This document shows positions 50,597 through 63,748 of a stretch of 64,000 nucleotides of DNA, piece by piece. The DNA is taken from assembly GCF_041146345.1 (NCBI RefSeq), contig NW_027191404.1, positions 2,232,001 through 2,296,000 of the forward strand. Reading direction: 5' to 3'. The translations under genes were made by a program, and so were the position numbers. Source of the stretch: Neodothiora populina. Its lineage: Eukaryota. Each line of letters starts with the position of its first letter. The stretch's first letter is position 1. Under the pieces are notes generated by a model. The model searched no databases. It was not told the DNA's origin and worked only from the letters and a program-made list of their open reading frames with translations.

Positions 50597-52870
50597 ATGA
50601 GCCGGTTCTTTGCATCCAGGCTCTTCCACACATTCCATAGTAGGACCCATAACTTCTCATCATATCGCTGTCCGCACCTGTCCGCCATCAAAATGAGCAC
50701 CAACTCGTCGCCAGTGAGCATTCGCGAGTCACCAGCAGAGGGTCAATCGGTCGAACACGACGGCACAGTCTACACTACAATCAGAGAGGGAGGAGCCTTT
50801 ATCCTGGTGCCGCCGAATGCGCGAACTTCGCAAGACCCAAAGGGAACCAATACAGACCACAAAGGATCCGAAGAGGTTCAGAGCGTCTTCTACAACCCCA
50901 TCCAGCAGTTCAACCGAGATCTCAGTGTTCTGGCTATCAAGGCATTCGGCGATGATGTTGTGGCGAGGAGGCTGAGGAAACGAGACCAGAAAAGAGCAAA
51001 AAAGGACAAGAAGAGACCGGCCAGCACAAGTGGTGATGCAGAGCCGAAGAAGAGAAAAGGCAACGATGGTGAAGCTGTAGTGTCCAAGGACGATGCATCG
51101 ATGCTGCCTAGCGGGTCCAAGGAAGTTTCGAAGAAGGTGGGAGATGATGTTGAGGGACCGAGTACCAGCGAACCTACAACAACGACACACGACAAAATGG
51201 AAGTGGACGAGGCAGCTGCACCAGCGGCCAAATCAGCGAACGGAGTACCCACGACAGTGGAAGACTCTCCCCCCATCAAGTTTCGAATTCTCGACGCACT
51301 TTCGGCCACTGGCTTGCGCGCTTTGCGTTATGCCACTGAGATCCCATTCGCTACCTCGGTCGTTTCCAACGATATGTCGGAAGCAGCTGTCGCTTCGATC
51401 GCTTTGAATGTGAAACACAACAAGCTAGAGTCTAAGATCAAGCCCTCCACCGGAAACGCCATTGGCCATATGTATCAGGCAGCGTATGCCACTACTTCGT
51501 CGAAGGCAAACAACTCGGAAGCCTGGGCGGAGGGAAAGTACGATGTAGTCGACCTAGACCCATATGGAACGGCTGTGCCCTTCCTGGATGCTGCCATCCA
51601 GTCGCTGAACGACGGAGGTCTACTGTGTGTCACATGTACTGACGCAGGCGTCTTTGCATCTTGTGGCTATGTCGAGAAGACCTATTCTCTTTACGGCGGC
51701 CTTCCAGTCAAGGGTGCCCACTCACACGAAGCTGGACTTCGACTCATCCTCAATGCAGTCGCAACCGCAGCAGGCAAGTACGGCATCGCAATCGAGCCTC
51801 TCCTCTCGCTTTCCATCGATTACTACGCTCGAGTCTTCGTGAGAGTGCGGAAGAGTCCCGCAGACGTCAAATTCCTCGCCGGCAAGACGATGCTGGTCCA
51901 CTCATGCGATTCTGGCTGCGGCGCATGGCAGACACAATACCTGGCTCGACATACTGCGCAGAACGGCCGCACCAACTTCAAGCACACAGCAGGACAAAGC
52001 AGCGGAGAGAAGAACTGTCCCCACTGCGGATTCAAGACCCACGTCGCAGGCCCAATGTGGGGAGGTCCGATCCACAACCCATTCTTCATTCAGCGCATCC
52101 TAGACGCCCTACCCGACTTGGACAAGACAGTCTACCAGACCACTCAACGCATCGAGGGCATGCTCACATCTGCCCTCGACGAACTAGACGTGCTGCCAGC
52201 CCCGACGCCAGCGGAAGACGGCTCGACTGACGCGCCTCTGATACCAACAACACCACACCACATCGTCGATACGCATCCGTTCTTCTTCATTCCTAGCAAT
52301 CTCTCCAAGATCCTCCACTGCCGAGCCCCTTCGGAGGCGGCCGTCAAGGGCGCACTCCGCAAAGCCGGCTTCGTAGCCACGAGGAGCCACTGCAAGCCGG
52401 GCACGATCAAGACGCAGGCGAGCTGGGGTATGATCTGGGAGATCTTCAGGGAATGGGTACGACAGGAAGCACCCATCAGAGAAGGCGCCGTCGGCGAGAA
52501 GATGGCAGGTTACAAGATTCTGCAGCAGATGAGGAAAGGCGACGACGTCGACGGACCAGTCGCACAAGCAGCAGAGAGCGAACCAATCCCTCAGACTACA
52601 GCAACGGCTGTCATCGAGGGTGAGACCTCAACTCCCTCGAACCCTGCTCCTCCAGCTGTAGCAGTATCGACAGCAACGAAAACAACCAACTCCCGCACCA
52701 CAAGAAGACCCTCCATAACACCCGAAGACCCCAAGAAATACAAAATAGTCTTCGACGAGGCACTTGGCAAGGACCCACTGAAGAGGAAACTCACCCGCTA
52801 TCAGTCCAACCCGCGCGAGAACTGGGGGCCTATGAGTCGGGCCAAGATCACCACTTCTAAAGATCATTAG
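50597..52870 (+). CDS. TRM1: tRNA (guanine26-N2,N2)-dimethyltransferase
   Basis: VFYNPIQQFNRDLSV, ILDALSATGLRALRY, DLDPYG, LCVTCTD, HEAGLR, zinc-finger Cys residues, YQSNPRENWGP. Confidence 0.95.
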   Translation: MSRFFASRLFHTFHSRTHNFSSYRCPHLSAIKMSTNSSPVSIRESPAEGQSVEHDGTVYTTIREGGAFILVPPNARTSQDPKGTNTDHKGSEEVQSVFYNPIQQFNRDLSVLAIKAFGDDVVARRLRKRDQKRAKKDKKRPASTSGDAEPKKRKGNDGEAVVSKDDASMLPSGSKEVSKKVGDDVEGPSTSEPTTTTHDKMEVDEAAAPAAKSANGVPTTVEDSPPIKFRILDALSATGLRALRYATEIPFATSVVSNDMSEAAVASIALNVKHNKLESKIKPSTGNAIGHMYQAAYATTSSKANNSEAWAEGKYDVVDLDPYGTAVPFLDAAIQSLNDGGLLCVTCTDAGVFASCGYVEKTYSLYGGLPVKGAHSHEAGLRLILNAVATAAGKYGIAIEPLLSLSIDYYARVFVRVRKSPADVKFLAGKTMLVHSCDSGCGAWQTQYLARHTAQNGRTNFKHTAGQSSGEKNCPHCGFKTHVAGPMWGGPIHNPFFIQRILDALPDLDKTVYQTTQRIEGMLTSALDELDVLPAPTPAEDGSTDAPLIPTTPHHIVDTHPFFFIPSNLSKILHCRAPSEAAVKGALRKAGFVATRSHCKPGTIKTQASWGMIWEIFREWVRQEAPIREGAVGEKMAGYKILQQMRKGDDVDGPVAQAAESEPIPQTTATAVIEGETSTPSNPAPPAVAVSTATKTTNSRTTRRPSITPEDPKKYKIVFDEALGKDPLKRKLTRYQSNPRENWGPMSRAKITTSKDH

Positions 52871-53600
52871 CCGTGATGCTGGATTTTGGTTGAATTATTC
52901 AGTGTTGACGTACGTTAAAGAGGGGAGAGAGAGAGAGGAATACAAGGCACGTTCCTTAGGGTGTAAAAGTAAAGGAATAGATATGCAGCGATGTAATTGT
53001 ATAGATTTCTACGAGCAATCGACTCGATTTAAATTTGACATCACCGCAATTTGATTATTGTTTCATGTCGTGCTATGCGTCGTTCCTACCTGGGTAAGGC
53101 ATCACTCCACTCGATAGGGTTAGCTTTGAGGAGTTCCTTCCGTCTTTCGATCCCATTATATAAGGTACTGTGTTAAGCAAGTTTCACTCCTACATTAGAC
53201 TCCTACATTAGGAACACATGTACTTCACTACACTTGAATCTCCGTGGACCTTACCTCAATTGTACTGCGTCATGTTCTGTTACATACTATTATCTTCTAC
53301 CAGCGACGTGATGTCTGGATTTCACATCTCATGCAGCAAGAAAACAAACCATCAGAGCTGTGGCTGCTTCTAGCTTTGCTTGATTATACACAAGGAACTG
53401 AGACAATCCCTGGGGACACCAAATATTGAAATTTCGCCGAGGACGAGTTCGTACACATGAAAGTGAAAGAAGAAGACTCAGAATAGTATACTATGTTAAG
53501 AAATAGCCCTTCCCAGAGTCAGGCAGTCGACTAGACTTGCTCACACACTCAAGGCGGCAAACTCATGCTGTCGTTCCCAAAACGCAATCAATTGATTGAG

Positions 53601-54811
53601 CTATGATGAAGATGCGGCTGCGGCATCCACGCTGCCGCTACCACCATTTGCGCTTTCCACAGTCCCTGACTTCTCCTTTGCTTCTTGGTTCTTCTTCGCC
53701 GCGGCCATTTGCCAGGCCGGGATGGCCGCGCGACCGTTGAGTCTGCCGTAGGGACTGCTGGTGGCTGACCTGTCGGGCGCGACAGTGGGTTCGGTCGCTT
53801 GAGGCGCTGTGGTGGGGACGCCAGAGCTGACGGCCGGTGGCGTCACGCTGCCTACTCCGGGAGCTGGCGAGGGGATGGTAGGGGGTCTCGAAGAAGCAAT
53901 TGAAGATGCATGAGCTGGAGGAGCGGCGACTCGGTTGGAGATGAGAGTCTTGAGACTCTTCATCTCGGCGGCAAGATCCTTGAGGCGTTGGTCTTGCGAC
54001 TCCTTCTGGGCTTCTGTGGCCCGGGGTATCATGTCCTTGAGGACGCGGAGATCGTCGCCTATCCTCCTGCCCTCGTCGTCTCTACGTCTGCTGGCTTCCT
54101 TCATTTGGCCAATCACCGATTCGACTTCTGCTAAAGCAGCGTCCAGCCGCTCTGTGCGGTCTTGTTCGCTCTTCTTCAATTCTTCGGTGTCTGTAGCAAG
54201 TTGATCAAGAAGGGCAAAGGCTTTGTCGAACTGCGCGTCAACAGAGGCCTTGTCCTGTTCCAGTTGTGGAGGAGTCGGTGGAGCTATCAAGGGCACTATG
54301 TATCTTTTGGCCACAGTGTAGGCACCCAATGACAAACCACCCATGACCGTGGCCATGATGAACCAGTCCCTCCAATCTCGCCGTGGCAACTCAGGCGGCG
54401 GAGGCGGCCCTTGCTGCCAGTATGGTGGAGGGGGAGGGCCATTCGTGTACTGTGATTGCTGCGGTCGATATTGTTGAGGAGGTTGATAGTATTGTGGAGA
54501 CGAGGTGGGAGAAACGGCAGATGCTGGTTCTGATCCCGCGCGTTGCAGTGAGAGGTCTATCTCTTCCTGTGTGAGGTTCTTGGAACGCAAGAATGCCATA
54601 CGCTGTTCCAGGGGCGCATTTGCTACCGAAGGATCTTGGAGGACTAGAGTGATTGAGACGGTCAGATTTGGGGGGTTGTTCTACATGTCAAGTTGTTTGA
54701 CAGGATGCATAATTACACGAGACCTGAAACGCGTGTCAGTGATGCCATATATATAATTTGTTCAGATAAGTCTCGACATACAGCGCTGTTGATCAGCTCC
54801 TCGCGAGCCAT
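53601..54811 (-). CDS. PEX14: Peroxisomal docking protein Pex14 (3 exons including a 7-nt microexon)
   Basis: MAREELINSA-VS-FLQDPSVANAPLEQRMAFLRSKNLTQEEI; RDWRDWFIMATV; coiled coil; AIPAWQ. Confidence 0.95.
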
Positions 54812-55497
54812 GCTTGCGTCGTCGAAGTGCTGGCGGCTGATGGCCGGAGCAGCAATATGTTGATACTACACGATGAAGCGGCAGAAGTGTTGGTTATAGC
54901 ACTTCTGACTTCACTCAAATCGTCTTGTGACTCGAAGAAAGACGCAAGTTTATTTCGCATTGACATGAATGACACGCAGTGCTAGCAGATCTACAGTAGA
55001 TGAGCGCAAGTGGTTGTATAACATTCGTTCCTGCCACTTCTATCATGCGCAACTTCTAGATGAGGGCGCGGACGCCGGGTAGTCGCTGCGTCACTTCCTA
55101 CCTCGGCTTAGATCTGGCGGCCCGCCCTGCGAGTGCTGCCCACAGGGTGGAGATCTTGGCAATTTACAGTCACAATGTTCGGTGCTGGTGGTGCGGGCGT
55201 CGGAGGACCCTGAGATCAGTGCGTCTTGGCAAACCACCCACTGTGTTGACGTGCAGCTTCAGGCATTGTTTACTCTGTTTACTCGGTGTTTTCATCATCT
55301 CCAGAGTTTTGTATCCGCGTCCGAACGGTCGCGACTAGACACTTATACCGAGTCTCGCGCGCTTAAATACATCTTTAGAAGAGGCTACAAACATACATCG
55401 CCATAGCTAGGATTTTGGTTTATTCTGTCATCGATCGCGCTACATTGCGCATCCCACCTGCGCCCGTCATTTCTATACATACAATCACAACTTCGTC

Positions 55498-57966
55498 ATG
55501 TCGCAAGAGAATCCGCACATGTTCTCGGTGCGGCGGCCGCGCGAGGTATGCACACATGACAACCTGTCTGAGATCTGATTACTGAACATCAATGACACAG
55601 ACACTTGGAGGCATAAGTCATAATGCATCCGCGATACCGATGCCGGCCTCAGCCATGAAGCCTTCAATCAAGCGTTCGAGTTCCATCGGACAATTTAACC
55701 AGCCTCCACCAACTGGCCAACAAATGCGATCAACCTCCGGAAGTAGAATGTCCCTTGCGCCAGGTCGCCCAAGTCAGCCAATGTTTGGACGCGCATCCAT
55801 GGGTGGCAACGGAGCAGACCTTGCCTTTTCGACCGTCCAACGCCCGTCCACCCAGAACTTCTTTGCCAGTGGTGGAGGCAGAAAGAGCTATGCACCTGGT
55901 GCAACCACGCCAGCATCTGCCCCCGCCCTGAATCTTCAGGACAGTCAGCGTCGAAGCAGCGTGTATAGCGCGAGGCCTTCCGTCGGGTTGGGACCTATGG
56001 GCCATCAATCATTCTTCGCGACCGCGCCACCATCGAATACCATTCCACAGGACCCCAGACGCTTACGCGACTCCAACACGCGTACCCAGATGGGCCAGGA
56101 GCTGATGGAGTTCCTCACACAGCGCAACTTCGAGATGGAGATGAAACATACTCTCACGCACAAGACCATGTCTTCTCCGACGCAAAAGGACTTCAACCTC
56201 ATGTTCCAATTTCTCTACCATTGCATAGACCCTGCTTATCGCTTCCAAAAGAACATCGACCAGGAAGTTCCTCCGCTGCTCAAGCAGTTAAGATACCCCT
56301 TTGAGAAGAACATCACCAAATCACAACTTGCTGCTGTCGGCGGAAACAACTGGTTTACGTTCCTCGGCCTCCTACACTGGATGATGCAATTGGCCAAAAT
56401 GATGGAAAACTATAGCATAGGAAGCTACGACGATGCTTGCGTTGAGGCGGGCTTCGATGTCAACGCAGACCGTATCACCTTTGACTTCCTCTCCGACGCC
56501 TACCGCACTTGGCTGAGTGTCGAAGATGAAGAGGAAGATGAAGATGAGGCTCAGCGTCTGATTCAGCCTCATGTGGAGGCCATGGCTGCTAAATTCGAGG
56601 CTGCCAATGAGCAGAACCTGGAGCAAGTCAAGATCCTCGAAGAGGAAGGAAGGCTTCTGCAGGAGAAGATCGATGAGCTCAGCAAGGACGCGCCGAGACT
56701 CGCCAGGTTGGACGAGCAAATCAAAATCCTTGAGGAAGACCGCGCCAAGTTCGAGAACTACAACAACAGCATGGAAGCCAAGGTCGACAAGTACGAGCAT
56801 CGCGTCCGCATCTTGGACGAAGAAATCCAGCGGATTCAAGCGGAGTTGGGCGCTGCTGAGGAGGAGCGCAATGGACTACAGGACATGGTCGATAGTCAAG
56901 GCATCACCATCCAGGACATTGACAGGATGAATGCAGAGCGCAAGCGTCTACAAACAGGTGTCGAAAGCATCGCTCTCCGTCTTGAAGAATCGCGCGAGCA
57001 AGTGAGCAAGCGCGAGGCAGAGACAAGCTCCAAGCTCGAAGAATTGGAGAATGTTGTGTCCAGATACAACTCACTCGGTTACCAGATTGGCATCATCCCA
57101 CCAGAAGCTCAAAACGCGCAGGGTCAACTGTTCGAACTCATTCTGACTATAAATTCGGGACCTGATTTCAGCGCTTCTCAGCAAAACGGCTTCTCTGCTT
57201 CTCAGGGTCAAACCGATTCCGATCGATTACTCGCGGATGCGAATACAGGGACTGGCTACCAACCACATCATCTTCTTAATCTGGATGTGAGAGGCAGCGT
57301 CAAGACTAGCATTATGCAGCTAAGGAAGGAAGTCTCCGAGCGCAGGAACGAGGCGCTCGAGAGAGATATGAACAACCACGATCTCCTTGACAAGATTAGG
57401 GAAGCGATCGACGACAAGGTGGCTGAGGTCGAAGCTCTCGGTCACCGCGTCAGAGCCGCAGAAGAAGAATTCGAGAAGACCAAGGAAATAACCCATGCGC
57501 AGAAGATGGCCTCGGACGCCCAGATTGAGAAGATGGAGAAAGAGCTGGCCCGGATGCGTGCCAGCCTTACGGAATCCGTCCAACTCATGGAGCAGCGGGA
57601 GATGAACACGAACCTTGAGTATGTACATCCATATTTGATTGATGGCGTGGAGCTAATGAGTGATCTAGATATGAGCAACTTACGCTAGCTGTCGCTTCAT
57701 TGCGTGAGGAACTCCATACCGAGCTGGAAAGGATGCTCAATGATGTGATCAAATTCAAAGTCCACGTGCAGACATCACTCGAAGGCTACGAAGACTTCGT
57801 AGCTCAGGAGGTCGACAGAGCATGTGAGGAGCAGGAGATTGCTGAATCGGAGGAGAGACGCATTGCTGAGGAAGAGGCAGAAGAGCAACAGGGAGCTTAC
57901 CAACTTAGTGCCCGCAACGATGACTACGAGGAAGACGATGCCACTATGCAAGACTACGAACAATAG
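55498..57966 (+). CDS. NDC80: Kinetochore protein Ndc80/Hec1 (3 exons)
   Basis: Basic N-terminal tail; CH domain [45 protein letters not shown]; long coiled coil. Confidence 0.95.
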
Positions 57967-59418
57967 TCTGAATAATCGTATGGAGTGGTCACCCGATCCA
58001 TAGCGTCTCAGGTCCCCACTTTTGTGGTTTCAGGAAAGGCGTTCATAAAGGCGTTCAGCGTTTGGGATTTTCTTGTTTGGATGATACCTCTTCTGTTCCT
58101 GTTACTGTTTGCTTTCGCCACCTAAATTAAAGATTCACGTTAGCACGTAAACATCAATTCCGCTGCACTACACTGTCTATACCGCAACGACGATCATGAT
58201 GTGAAGATTGACCGCAGACCGCAGGCTCCAATACTTGAAAGCATCATAATTCCATACGCACCCCCACTTGGGTTTATACATAGCCCGAGGACGAGCGCAT
58301 ATCGCACATCTTTTCGGCTCTGCATATTCGGAAGTCTCGTGGGCTGGGATGACCATCATTCTGCTAGCTCGGTACTACATCATGCGAAGTAGCATTCGGC
58401 ATGAGCACGAGCAATAGCGACTTGTAGTCCGAGATTAATCCCGATGCCGAGACAACCTAACGTCTGCAAGCACGCGGGACAAGATACTTGTGGTCCTCGT
58501 ACCTGCCTTGTTGCCGAGGCGGGACGGTCTCCCTACAAAGAGCGCCTTGGGTTCCAATTAAAATGCCCAGAAATGCCGGTGGGGCCTCCCGTGTATGCTT
58601 GGGGGTTGGTTCCGCGGTGCTTGATCGAGGGGGGCTTGTGTCAAGCAACGCCTTTGAGCCGCTTCTCATACGAACCGTAAGGCTTATCAGGAGATACTTT
58701 CGAGTCAAGTACTGAGAAGCTTTCGTGTTTTATAACGTTCGGCCATTGATATGTTGGATGGTAAAGTCGGTTCGCAATCATCTCTTCGAGTTGATGGCGC
58801 ACGATCATTGCGATGGCACTTCAGGATTAGCCTATGCTCGCTTAGAAAGCCCCCCACCAGCCACCACCATGGGGATGACTTGGGGGAGATATGGGGCTTC
58901 GTTTCGGGCGACCTCTAGTTGCGCATCGATGGTCAGGGTGAGTGTCAACTCATTAAAGTTCGAAGAACAACCATAGAAGTGTAGATCTCGAGTCAAATGA
59001 CCCACTCGTTGCGCGCCATTACGGGTGCACGGCTTTGTGACCGAGGAAATTCTTACGCCTTCGCGCCAAACATACAACAAAAAACTCTGCGCATGCAGTA
59101 AGAGGCGGCGGGAAACGGCGGTCATTCGTGGCCAACGAGAACTACCTAGCGGCATGCGAGGCCGTATCGCGCATGCGACCCTCAAGCGGTATGGTGCATC
59201 GTCTATGCTGTCGACAATTTTCCGATCATCAGATGTCGCCGCATTAATAAGCCTTGGGGTTGTTCCTCACTCGAGATTCTGTCTCTGTGACATGCATACA
59301 CAGCATTGAGCCGCCCACGGACAGTGATCCAATCGAGAGACATCTCGCCTTGCATGTGAAATTTCTGGGCTTGGTCCAAAGTAGCAGATTCAGACACCTC
59401 AATGTTGACTACGAGGAA

Positions 59419-59690
59419 CCCCAGGTAGTATCCATGGTGGGGATACTAAATCAGGGCAAGTACCACCATTCACCTGCGCTGTATTCGGCCCTTCTGCCCA
59501 CATCTCCTCATTCACGGTGACTATCGTCGTTCACGGGCCTTTACCCATGGGTAAACATCCCCAGTTTCGCATCTTTCGTATGGAGTGCCCACGGGCAGCC
59601 GTGCCGATGCACATGGTCGATGAGTCGTGGTACAAAATCAACCCCATGGATTCCCCGCCTCCACGACTTTATAAATCGGATCCCCCCCAC
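59419..59690. promoter_or_regulatory. Cluster of CreA/Mig1-type SYGGRG sites plus a TATA box upstream of the sugar transporter
   Basis: Six matches at 59419, 59437, 59559, 59653, 59659 and 59685; TATAAA near 59670. Confidence 0.55.
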
Positions 59691-59783
59691 TTGGGAGTCG
59701 CATACTCGAAATCATATCTTGAACATTTGGTTTGAGCCCATATCTACTATCACTACTTATTGACCCTTGTATCTCTTTCCAAG

Positions 59784-61608
59784 ATGGGTAAAGAGGAAGG
59801 TGGAGCCACGGGGCAGGAGATGCACGAGCACATCGAACTGGACCCTAGAACATCTACAACTGATCGTCGAAACATGACCAAATCCGAGATTGACGATGCC
59901 ATTCGTACCGGCAGTATTTCGAGTGTCAAAAACACTGCTGAGGCTGTCGAAACCGCCAAAAATGGCGGCTGGGAGGTTGATGCTTTGATCGCCGACATGC
60001 AAAGACAAGTTGATGAGCAAGGCGAGAAGAAATCCATCTTCGACCTTGAATTCAAGAACCCCAAGCACTTCACCTTCCTATTGGTGTTGTTCGCTTCTAT
60101 GGGTGGACTTCTCAGTGGTCTCGATCAGTCCTTAATTTCCGGCGCCAACTTGTTCCTTCCCAAGGATCTTGGCCTGAACTCGCAACAAAACTCTCTGGTG
60201 AACTCTGGTATGCCGCTGGGTGCAGTCGGTGGTGCCCTGCTCTTGTCCCCCTGTAACGAGTACCTCGGACGTCGTTGGTCCATCATCATCAGTTGTATTT
60301 TGTACACAATTGGTGGTGCTTTGGAAGCTGGCTCAATGAACTACGGTATGATCGTCGCTGCACGAGTTATCCTCGGTCTTGGTGTCGGTCTCGAGGGTGG
60401 TACCGTTCCAGTAAGTAGTTCGAAGCGATCCAACCAAGTCCCAAAACAGCACAACTAACGGGTTTCTACAGGTGTATGTGGCCGAGACAGTGGAGCGAAG
60501 ACTTCGTGGTAACATGGTCTCTCTGTATCAATTTAACATTGCCCTCGGTGAGGTTCTTGGATATGCCGTCGCCGCCATGTTCGTCAGTGTCCCAGGAAAC
60601 TGGAGATACATCCTTGGATCCTCTTTGCTTTTCTCGACAATCATGTTGATCGGCATGCTTTTCATGCCCGAATCTCCTCGATTCCTCATGCACCAGGGCA
60701 AGCCAGTCGAGGCTTACAAGGTGTGGAAGCGTATTCGTGGTGTCGAATCCCTGGACTCCAGAGAGGAGTTTTACGTTATGAAGGTTTCCACTGAAGAAGA
60801 AGAGGCCGAGGTCGCCGCTGGTCGTACTAACAGATTCCCCTGGATGGATTTCTTCACTGTTCCTCGATGCCGTCGTGCCATCATTTATGCCAACATTATG
60901 ATTTTCCTCGGACAGTTCACCGGTATCAACGCCATCATGTACTACATGAGTGTTCTGATGCAGCAGCTCAAATTCGACGAGTACGAGGCCAACTACATGT
61001 CCCTTGTGGGTGGAGGCTCTCTCCTCATCGGTACCATTCCCGCAATCTTCCTTATGGAAACCTGTGGCCGTCGTTTCTGGGCTATTGCCATGTTGCCCGG
61101 TTTCTTCATCGGTCTCGTTCTGGTCGGTATCAGTACTCAATTCTCAAGCTTCAAGGCTACGGAAGGAGTCTATCTCACTGGATTGATCATCTATGAGATG
61201 TTCTTCGGTTCGTATGCTTGTTTGACCTGGGTCATCCCCGCCGAGGTCTACCCAACATATCTCCGTTCATACGGCATGACCACCTCGGACGGTTGGTTGT
61301 TCCTTTCTTCATTCATCGTCACCTACAATTTCTCCGCCATGCAAACCGCAATGACCGGAACTGGTCTGACTCTGGGTTTCTACGGAGGCATCGCGGTCCT
61401 CGGTTGGTTCTACCAGATGTTCTTCATGCCTGAAACGAAGGACAAGACTCTCGAGGAGATTGATCTTCTCTTCCAGAAGCCCACCATGGAGCTCGTGCGT
61501 GAGAACGCTGCGAACGTCTGGGAAACTACCAATGACCTCATGCACTTCAGGCTCAAGAAGGTCTTTTACGACAACAACCGTGCTCCGAGAAAGGAGCTCG
61601 CGGAATAG
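59784..61608 (+). CDS. MFS sugar porter, FSY1/Frt1-like fructose:H+ symporter (intron 60411-60471)
   Basis: FKNPKHFTFLLVLFASMGGLLSGLDQSLISGA, GRR, VPVYVAE, PESPR, GQFTGINAIMYY, EVYPTYLRS, PETK. Confidence 0.88.
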
Positions 61609-63748
61609 ATGGATGATGCTGGTAGCTGTTTATATGGACACATGTTGGGCAGGATGCGTATCGTCGACATTTAATAATGGGGGGAAAAGGAAAACCAATT
61701 GGATGAGATACGACTTTGTTTTTTGAGTCATGTAGATAACGGAGATGAGGTCTATGGTACGGTATCACGAAAGACAGATATATAGCTCATCAGGAGTTGA
61801 CGCATCCTACAACGAACCCAGAAATTGCAATTTTTCACATTCGATTTCACCCACCTGTGCTTCTTTGAAATGGGCAGCCCGCCACCTCGCATCACGATGT
61901 GAATACGCAGATCTCTTTATCATAAACAAATTTACATGCTACTGTAGGTGGAAATCTATCGATGACTCACCATGCATGTACGATACACGTTCAAGTACGT
62001 TCTTGCTACGTTCTCTTCGGACTAGAGAGGTTCCAAACACAATTCCAACTGCCTATTCTCGCTTCGCATAGGACGCCCATGCTGATCTGTCGCGTGTGAC
62101 ATGGACTTATCCACAAACGCCAGATATCAAATCGGCTGGTCATCGTTTGATGCTGGATGACTCACTTCACGGTCATCGTCATCGAATATGCATGAAATAC
62201 GCAGCTGCGGGAAGTTCGATCCCATGGGAATCTACGTGATATTGTATGAGGGGGGCAATGAAGATGTATGGGGGAAGGAACGAAGCCTGCACCCTAGTAC
62301 CTGCTCGTTTCGTCTTGCATTATGAAGGGTTGTCTCACTTCACTCGACTTGGAAGATCTACCGTCTCAGCAGCAGCAGCAGCAAAAGCATCAGCCGGTGC
62401 TTATGTGTACATAAGATCGGGCACAGTAACGTAGAAAATGTTACAGCAGTATTGTCTTGCAATCGACTCTTGAGTCAAAGCGATCGTGCTTTTGCATATC
62501 GCACATGTATGCAATCTAGCCTCATCTGGTTAGTCTTATTCTCGCCTGCGCTGTGGCCGTGCGCATCCTGAGCATCAGTCCTCGTCGCTCGTGATATCTT
62601 AGTTCCTTGGGGACTAGATGTCGACGAAATCGATGTCGAACTCTCGATGGAGCTAAACATTTTGTGATATGGTTTCAAGGTAGTATAAAGCCGTCAGTGT
62701 GGTCTAAACCTCTATAAGGATCTGCTCCAATCAGAACGTTGTGGGACTTGTGTGCAGGAGCACGTTCGATACTTTGTCTTGCCCCTTATATCACAGCCGG
62801 ATATACTGGTTGAAGAGGCAGTAGTATAATGAATATGGCGATAGATTGATTGCATTGCCCTTCATGTATTGTATCGAATGTCCTCGACTACATATACATC
62901 GAGTGAGCCCGAAATGTGTCTATGGCTGAGTGACCATGAATGGCAACCCAGCCTCATCATAAAATGTCTTGTGACCTACCGTAGCCAGGTAGACCACATC
63001 ATACACCATGAGTAAACAGTAGGCCAAGCAGATGAGCGTCGTCGTTATGCCCCTTCTGTTCCTCTTGAAGGAGCAACCTAGGTCAATTGGAACATCTTAA
63101 GGTATCGTACGAATACAGGTAGTGCATAACATACATAGAGTATGACAGACTTGCTGCAGCCGAACGTTGCACATCAAAAGGTAATAATTAGGTAGTTATC
63201 TAAACGTCTGCATCTTCATCAACAACGCAGTGATATGTGACCCACCAAGCCTGCCTTGGAGCGAAATGACGTTTTGCCTTACAATGATGCTTACAAGTGC
63301 CCACGGCTGCAGCCATAGAACCAGCTGCCAACTTTTTCCCCACCACCACAGCATTCTCCACTGTTTCCCTCAGCGAGCCGCACGCAATGAGGAGCGGCAT
63401 ATACAGCATCCTGGTAGAACTTTCGTTCACAGCGGGGACGTCGATGCTTACCTGTGGCGATCATCACGCAGAAGGGCAACCACCATGGCGTGGCTTCCGT
63501 CACAGAGATGTGTGATTCGCGAAGAATGAAAGGGTGGCTTGCAGGGGTTGTGTTGTTCTAGGTATCTGTAGTCTTTCGACGTCACACCCCGCATCTAGAG
63601 CTTCTCCCCTATGAGATAGAGGCTGATGTGTTTTGTATATATTAGAAGAGTGCACTGGTTCCTTGAGATAATACTTGCATCATTCACGCAATAAAGTCAT
63701 CTTCGATAATAAAAACCAAGTCTCATATACATTCATACTCATATAACC

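Noticed and set aside
24753..57966. Co-location of roadblock, HSK3, REC8 and NDC80 as a chromosome-segregation cluster
   Set aside because: Spread over 33 kb among unrelated genes; compatible with chance without synteny data
57967..59400. Short ORFs in the long intergenic region upstream of the transporter
   Set aside because: No codon bias, splice pattern or motif; probably promoter DNA
62208..62232. B-box-like GTTCGATCCC
   Set aside because: No T-stem pairing, A box or cloverleaf
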